A stretch of 20,000 nucleotides of DNA from an uncultured virus (IMG/VR IMGVR_UViG_3300044977_000112) (lineage: Duplodnaviria; Heunggongvirae; Uroviricota; Caudoviricetes): the IMG/VR virus record IMGVR_UViG_3300044977_000112; one strand, written 5' to 3'. The number at the start of each line of letters is the position of its first letter. Position 1 is the first letter of the stretch. Positions 16,117 through 20,000 of the stretch are shown here, piece by piece. A program made the position numbers and the translations under genes. The notes under the pieces were generated by a model. It worked only from the letters and a program-made list of their open reading frames with translations, was not told the DNA's origin and did not search any database.

Positions 16117-16220
16117 GACTCGACGAGAAATTGGCCATCCCGGACTAATGACCCGGGGCAACCACGCTGAACGTCCTCATTAGTCGTTCAGACCCGGTGC
16201 AATTCCGGGACGAGTCACTA
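16117..16220 (+). ncRNA. tRNA-like RNA (atypical; nominal anticodon AAU) with complementary internal loops
   Basis: Acceptor stem GACTCG/CGAGTC followed by A-CTA; D-loop-like AATTGG; T arm CCCGG-TGCAATT-CCGGG; two internal hairpins. 104 nt, intergenic. Confidence 0.7.
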
Positions 16221-16277
16221 GGTCCGTAGCGTCTGCTGGTCACGTCCTGGGCGAACGCGGCGGCAGAGCTACGGGCC
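16221..16277 (+). other. Long GC-rich hairpin abutting the tRNA-like RNA
   Basis: GGTCCGTAGC/GCTACGGGCC (10 bp) then TCTGCTG/CGGCAGA (7 bp). Confidence 0.65.
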
Positions 16278-16328
16278 GTTTAATTGCAGTGGAGTGAATA
16301 CCCTGATCACAACTAAAGGAGTAGTTTC

Positions 16329-16556
16329 ATGCTTGTCCTCACACTCAAAACGAATCGCCGCGCGGCCCTGATCGATACGCCAGCCAACCGCTTCTTGGGC
16401 TGGGTGTCTTTGTGCGAACGAGTCACAGGCCATAATCAAGTGATGTTTGGCTTCGACTTCCCGAAGACAATCCAGATCATCCGCGAGGAGTTGTTGAGCC
16501 CGGAACAGGTGCGGGAATTCGATAAGCAATTGCAGGTGCGATTTCACCATATGTAA
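16329..16556 (+). CDS. csrA: Divergent CsrA/RsmA-like RNA-binding protein
   Basis: AAGGAG RBS; MLVLT N-terminus and QVMFGFDFPKTIQIIREELL align with the CsrA MLILTR...QVRIGxxAPKxVxVHREE pattern. Confidence 0.7.
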   Translation: MLVLTLKTNRRAALIDTPANRFLGWVSLCERVTGHNQVMFGFDFPKTIQIIREELLSPEQVREFDKQLQVRFHHM

Positions 16557-16589
16557 TTTGTACGTGGCGGACATTATGCGAGACATGAA

Positions 16590-16805
16590 ATGAAAGAAGC
16601 TTTCAAGCGGTCGATGGTGTTTCTTTATCCGCAAGGAGCGGACAACATTCATCAATGGCGCGATCTGGTTCGCACTTTCGTTATGGGATGGAACGAAGCC
16701 TTGATGAAGCGAGAGGATCGAGAAGGTTTGCTTATTGCGATGGATGTAACCAAGTCAATCACTGATAAATTTTGGTTTCCAGACAAGACTTGGAAGTGGT
16801 GGTAG
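16590..16805 (+). CDS. Hypothetical protein (71 aa)
   Basis: In series on the + strand. Confidence 0.6.
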   Translation: MKEAFKRSMVFLYPQGADNIHQWRDLVRTFVMGWNEALMKREDREGLLIAMDVTKSITDKFWFPDKTWKWW

Positions 16806-16808
16806 CGT

Positions 16809-17027
16809 ATGACCATATACGTTTTCAAGTGTTGCGACTGCGGAACAATGGGGACGACTATCGATCCGAATGATGATCCAATTTGCGGACAGTGCGAAAA
16901 TATAAGGCGAAAATGGTGGGCAGTGTACAACGCGCAATCGCCTGCTATTCGCGAAGCAATTGACCAAATTGAGTTTTCACCATTCACAGCCCGATCCAGC
17001 GGTTATTGCTTCAAAGTAAACGAGTAG
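16809..17027 (+). CDS. Hypothetical zinc-ribbon protein
   Basis: YVFKCCDCG...CGQC. Confidence 0.65.
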   Translation: MTIYVFKCCDCGTMGTTIDPNDDPICGQCENIRRKWWAVYNAQSPAIREAIDQIEFSPFTARSSGYCFKVNE

Positions 17028-17063
17028 TGTTTTCCTGTATGATCAGCAGTTGGGGGACGCTAG

Positions 17064-17372
17064 ATGAAAAATAAGCGATGGAATTGGCAAAACTGGTTGG
17101 CAATTGTAAGGGATCGAGTACCAACCGCGACAACGGTTGCGGAGGCCATTTATGCTCTGTTGCGGGACAAGCCTGCCAAAAAGCGTGGTCTGTACGTCCA
17201 CGAACTGGGGATTGCTTGGGGGACCGAGCAATCCGCGACAAATGAGGAGTTCCACAAACTGTCCCGAAGTGGTCTACTCTCTCGCTGTCCAGGTATGCCC
17301 TATTACGCGCCGACGATGAAGATGGACCCACTGAACGCTGATTTTCCTAAAGTATCCTGTACAAAATTATAA
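17064..17372 (+). CDS. Hypothetical protein, possibly winged-helix
   Basis: GGGGGA RBS; AIYALLR...LYVHELG...FHKLSRSGLL is weakly wHTH-like. Confidence 0.6.
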   Translation: MKNKRWNWQNWLAIVRDRVPTATTVAEAIYALLRDKPAKKRGLYVHELGIAWGTEQSATNEEFHKLSRSGLLSRCPGMPYYAPTMKMDPLNADFPKVSCTKL

Positions 17373-17403
17373 ACGTAATTTGTACCGGGAGGAAGAATTA
17401 TCC

Positions 17404-17670
17404 ATGTTCGACAAACACCTGACGCCCAATTACGGCAAATTCACACTCGCTCGTCCGATGCTCAAAAACGTCCCTGGCGGCAAGCCGGGCTGGACGCTGG
17501 TCTCGTGCCCGTACTGCGGTTGCGACTGCTGGAAGCAGGTCATTGAGCCGGACCCGCTCCCCGCCAACTGCACCGCGGCGTGTACCGAGTGTGCGTTGAA
17601 GCGGAGTCACCACCAGCAAGAAATGGATGCCGCGCGATACGCAAAGGAATCCGCGTCCGGCTGTGCCTAA
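17404..17670 (+). CDS. Zinc-finger hypothetical protein
   Basis: GGAGG RBS before ATG 17404; CPYCGCDCW...ACTECAL. Confidence 0.75.
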   Translation: MFDKHLTPNYGKFTLARPMLKNVPGGKPGWTLVSCPYCGCDCWKQVIEPDPLPANCTAACTECALKRSHHQQEMDAARYAKESASGCA

Positions 17671-17729
17671 TTGATGGGCTCACTCTATCGCTGTCTAGGT
17701 ATGCCTTATTAGCTGACCTTATGGGAGCC

Positions 17730-18113
17730 ATGAAAATGATTGATGTGTCAAAGGAAACGTGGCCAAGTGATTGCCCACGGATCGTCTGCTTGTGCGGCTC
17801 GACTCGCTTCTATTGGGCATTCCAGGAGGCTAATTTCCGCGAGACGATGGCAGGCCGGATCGTGCTGTCTGTCGGGTTCTATCCTCATGCGACAGCCGAA
17901 GTTCATGGCGAACACATTGGGATTACCCAAGCTGAGAAAGAAGCCCTTGACCGTCTTCACTTTCGCAAGATCGATCTGGCCCATGAAATTCTTGTGTTGA
18001 ACGTGGATGGATATGTGGGGAGTTCGACGCGCAATGAAATCCTGTACGCAAGATCGAAGGGCCGTCCTGTTCGATGGCTACATGACAACAAAATACCAGA
18101 CGATTTGCAGTAG
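17730..18113 (+). CDS. Nucleoside deoxyribosyltransferase-like fold protein (DUF4406-type)
   Basis: IVCLCGSTRF...KIDLAHEILVLNVDGYVGSSTRNEILYARSKGRPV; GGAG before ATG 17730 (or 17736). Confidence 0.75.
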   Translation: MKMIDVSKETWPSDCPRIVCLCGSTRFYWAFQEANFRETMAGRIVLSVGFYPHATAEVHGEHIGITQAEKEALDRLHFRKIDLAHEILVLNVDGYVGSSTRNEILYARSKGRPVRWLHDNKIPDDLQ

Positions 18114-18159
18114 TGTTTTCCTGTATATATAATTTGCTCTCTCCGACGTTGTATGACAC

Positions 18160-18381
18160 ATGAAAAGCATGAATGACCTGAAAAGAGCTTTGGCGGAATA
18201 TCCAGGTAGGCTCGAAATATTTCGAGACGATGACGACCCCGATTTTTGGTGCGTAGGTTATCGCGACGAACCTGGATGCGAGACAACTTTTGCGAGTGGA
18301 ATGACAAGGATAGTGGCACAAGTCCTGTTCAATAGTTTGCTCAGCATGATTCCACCTCGCGAAATGGTTGATCTGCCTTGA
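18160..18381 (+). CDS. Hypothetical protein (73 aa)
   Basis: In series on the + strand. Confidence 0.55.
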   Translation: MKSMNDLKRALAEYPGRLEIFRDDDDPDFWCVGYRDEPGCETTFASGMTRIVAQVLFNSLLSMIPPREMVDLP

Positions 18382-18658
18382 AAGGAAAGAATGGGTTCTG
18401 ACTAAAGAGGAAGCAGGAACAGACCCACTAAAACCACTGCTGACGTTGTTGGTAAAGCTCGGATCGATTGTGATTCATGCAGACGAATATCTCTCTCCTG
18501 AAGGCCATCCATTTGACAGACAGGCTCTTGTTCCTTTGATTCGAGATCCCGAAGTTGAGAAGTGGATTGCCGCTATGCACAAGCAATGCTTCTTGCCACA
18601 GAAGAGAAATCCAAAGTCTCAGGCCATACCTGAAGGGCCGAACCGATCTGGTTTCTGA
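18368..18658 (+). CDS. Hypothetical phage protein (start uncertain)
   Basis: LLVKLGSIVIHADEYLSPEGHPFD looks like a genuine coding segment. Confidence 0.7.
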   Translation: MICLERKEWVLTKEEAGTDPLKPLLTLLVKLGSIVIHADEYLSPEGHPFDRQALVPLIRDPEVEKWIAAMHKQCFLPQKRNPKSQAIPEGPNRSGF

Positions 18659-18724
18659 GTGTAGCAGAATTCACCGAACATAAGCATCATTATTTACCTC
18701 ATGACCTCGTGGAGAAAATGACGA

Positions 18725-19258
18725 ATGTCCCGCAAGTCTCCCTCCATTCCTCTTGGAAGCTACGCCGTCGGCATGTCTGTTGGCGAGGCCCTGGACAAGA
18801 TTGTCAAGGAGCAGGGTTTTAACCTGAGTCCCGTTGAAAAAGCCAAGAAACGACGTGAGAAGGTGCCATTGGTCGAGGCCAGCTCCTTTGTGGGACCGTG
18901 GTACTTCATGGCCGTGATCCCGCTCTATGTCGTGGCTGGCGACAACTCGCGTGGGATGCAGAAACGCATTGGCCGTGGTGGTCACGAGAAGACGACCACA
19001 ATTAAGACGCTGGCGCGGTGGCATCGAGAGATTGCTCCTTACGCAGATCGAGCAATTGTCGGGGAACGGGTTGAGATTAAGCTGACCAGGCTGGGACCGA
19101 ATCTTCTCGATGACGACAATTGTACGGCATCTTGCAAATACATTCGTGATTCTGTAGCTATGTTTCTCGGCTGTGACGATTCGCCGCGTTCGCCGCTGAT
19201 TTGGAGCTACGATCAACGGAAGGAAGCGGCATACGGGGTGGAAGTGAGGATCAGCTAA
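18725..19258 (+). CDS. RusA-like Holliday junction resolvase / endonuclease
   Basis: VEIKLTR...LDDDN...KYIRD...GCDD...GVEVRI gives the RusA DxDN, K-x-x-x-D and DD pattern. Confidence 0.75.
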   Translation: MSRKSPSIPLGSYAVGMSVGEALDKIVKEQGFNLSPVEKAKKRREKVPLVEASSFVGPWYFMAVIPLYVVAGDNSRGMQKRIGRGGHEKTTTIKTLARWHREIAPYADRAIVGERVEIKLTRLGPNLLDDDNCTASCKYIRDSVAMFLGCDDSPRSPLIWSYDQRKEAAYGVEVRIS

Positions 19259-20000
19259 TGCCTTCCACCATCGCTGACGTGTTGGCCGGAAATGGACACT
19301 GGGCGGTCGAGTGCGGGGATTGCTTGTCAGTGATGAAATCTCTTCCCGACCGATGTGTTAACCTCGTCTTTACCAGTCCTCCCTATTCAGATCAACGCAC
19401 ATACGGCTTGGGATTCAAACTCAAGGGCCAAACCTGGGTCGATTGGCTGCGGCCGATCATTGTGGAATGTGCGCGAGTCTCTTCTGGACTCGTGGTCGTG
19501 AACATGGCTAGTCCGGTCAAGAAGGCATCGTATCAACCAGAAGTCGAATGGTTGGTTGCTGATCTCACACGGTTGGATGGTCTCGTGTGTGGTCCGAGTC
19601 CTTACGCCTGGGTGAAATCGCAGAATCGCGAAGATGCGGACGGTAACGGCATTCCTGGGAGCGGAGCTGCGCACTACCAACGACGCGACTGGGAAGCATT
19701 GTACACGTTTGCTCTTCCGGATCGATTGCCCGGCAAGAACAGAAATTCCGATTTCTGGTCGGATAACTTGGCATTCGGTCATCCGCCGAAGTGGGGCGCT
19801 GGCGGCAAGATGAGCAACAGGATGGCCGACGGGACAAGAGCGAACGATCCGTGGGGTAAGCGCGGCCGTGGAAACAACTTGGGGGGCAGAAAACCAAATG
19901 GCGAGAAGAATCTGGGCACGCTGGCAAACGCCCCCGGCCCGACAAAGCGAAGCGGTGGAGAATATAAAGCCGTCAGTCGTACTCACACGAAACGTGTGAG
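19258..20000 (+). CDS. N4-cytosine/N6-adenine DNA methyltransferase (beta-class layout), truncated by the window end
   Basis: Absent from the ORF track. Manual translation from ATG 19258 (TAATG overlap): MPSTIADVLAGNGHWAVECGDCLSVMKSLPDRCVNLVFTSPPYSDQR..., open to the end. Confidence 0.92.
   Translation, partial: MPSTIADVLAGNGHWAVECGDCLSVMKSLPDRCVNLVFTSPPYSDQRTYGLGFKLKGQTWVDWLRPIIVECARVSSGLVVVNMASPVKKASYQPEVEWLVADLTRLDGLVCGPSPYAWVKSQNREDADGNGIPGSGAAHYQRRDWEALYTFALPDRLPGKNRNSDFWSDNLAFGHPPKWGAGGKMSNRMADGTRANDPWGKRGRGNNLGGRKPNGEKNLGTLANAPGPTKRSGGEYKAVSRTHTKRV

Larger units (their letters stand above)
17023..18126 (+). repeat. Dispersed 18-bp direct repeat AGTAGTGTTTTCCTGTAT at 17023-17040 and 18109-18126
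   Basis: Exact match; each copy contains the TAG stop of the preceding gene. Confidence 0.9.
1..20000. mobile_element. Bacteriophage or prophage genome segment (virion modification, lysis-like and accessory/early regions)
   Basis: Many short, tightly packed ORFs with ATGA/TAATG overlaps; two orphan DNA methyltransferases; RusA-like, MazG-like, XRE and crAss001_48-like genes; tail-fibre-like protein; no housekeeping genes. Confidence 0.9.

Noticed and set aside
16117..16220. Canonical tRNA-Ile(AAU) or tmRNA
   Set aside because: A7-A66 and 31-39 mismatches, weak D stem, oversized variable region and no CCA; far too short for tmRNA and no tag reading frame.
16221..16290. HDV-like (theta) ribozyme in the tRNA trailer, or SRP RNA
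   Set aside because: It folds as a simple nested hairpin. I could not find the P1.1/P2/P4 double pseudoknot or the SRP helix-8 GNRA loop with its conserved internal loop.
19387..19986. Minus-strand ORFs of 199 and 126 aa
   Set aside because: Shadows of the plus-strand methyltransferase, which has clear motifs.
1..20000. Alternative genetic code
   Set aside because: TAA, TAG and TGA all terminate genes at tight junctions, and coding density is high under the standard code.

Overview
This window is a dense, mostly plus-strand segment of a tailed-phage or prophage genome. No host housekeeping genes, integrase, capsid or terminase genes are visible. From left to right it contains: (i) a Cys/Thr-rich probable tail-fibre or virion protein, translationally coupled to a radical SAM enzyme, a class I methyltransferase and a GT-A glycosyltransferase; (ii) a minus-strand accessory island behind a near-consensus sigma70 promoter, with an intergenic type II hammerhead ribozyme (variant core), a (CSx)18 repeat protein and an XRE regulator; (iii) a C5 DNA methyltransferase, several small membrane proteins and a secreted papain-like protease preceded by a highly structured leader that can sequester its ribosome-binding site; (iv) a divergent promoter pair with a small putative repressor and a MazG-like gene on the left, and on the right an operon carrying a tRNA-shaped RNA whose two internal loops are complementary, a long hairpin, a CsrA-like gene, a RusA-like nuclease and a truncated N4C/N6A DNA methyltransferase. 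The most striking signals are the three non-coding RNA structures and the modification cassette next to the tail gene. All family assignments come from motif recognition by eye, not from database searches.
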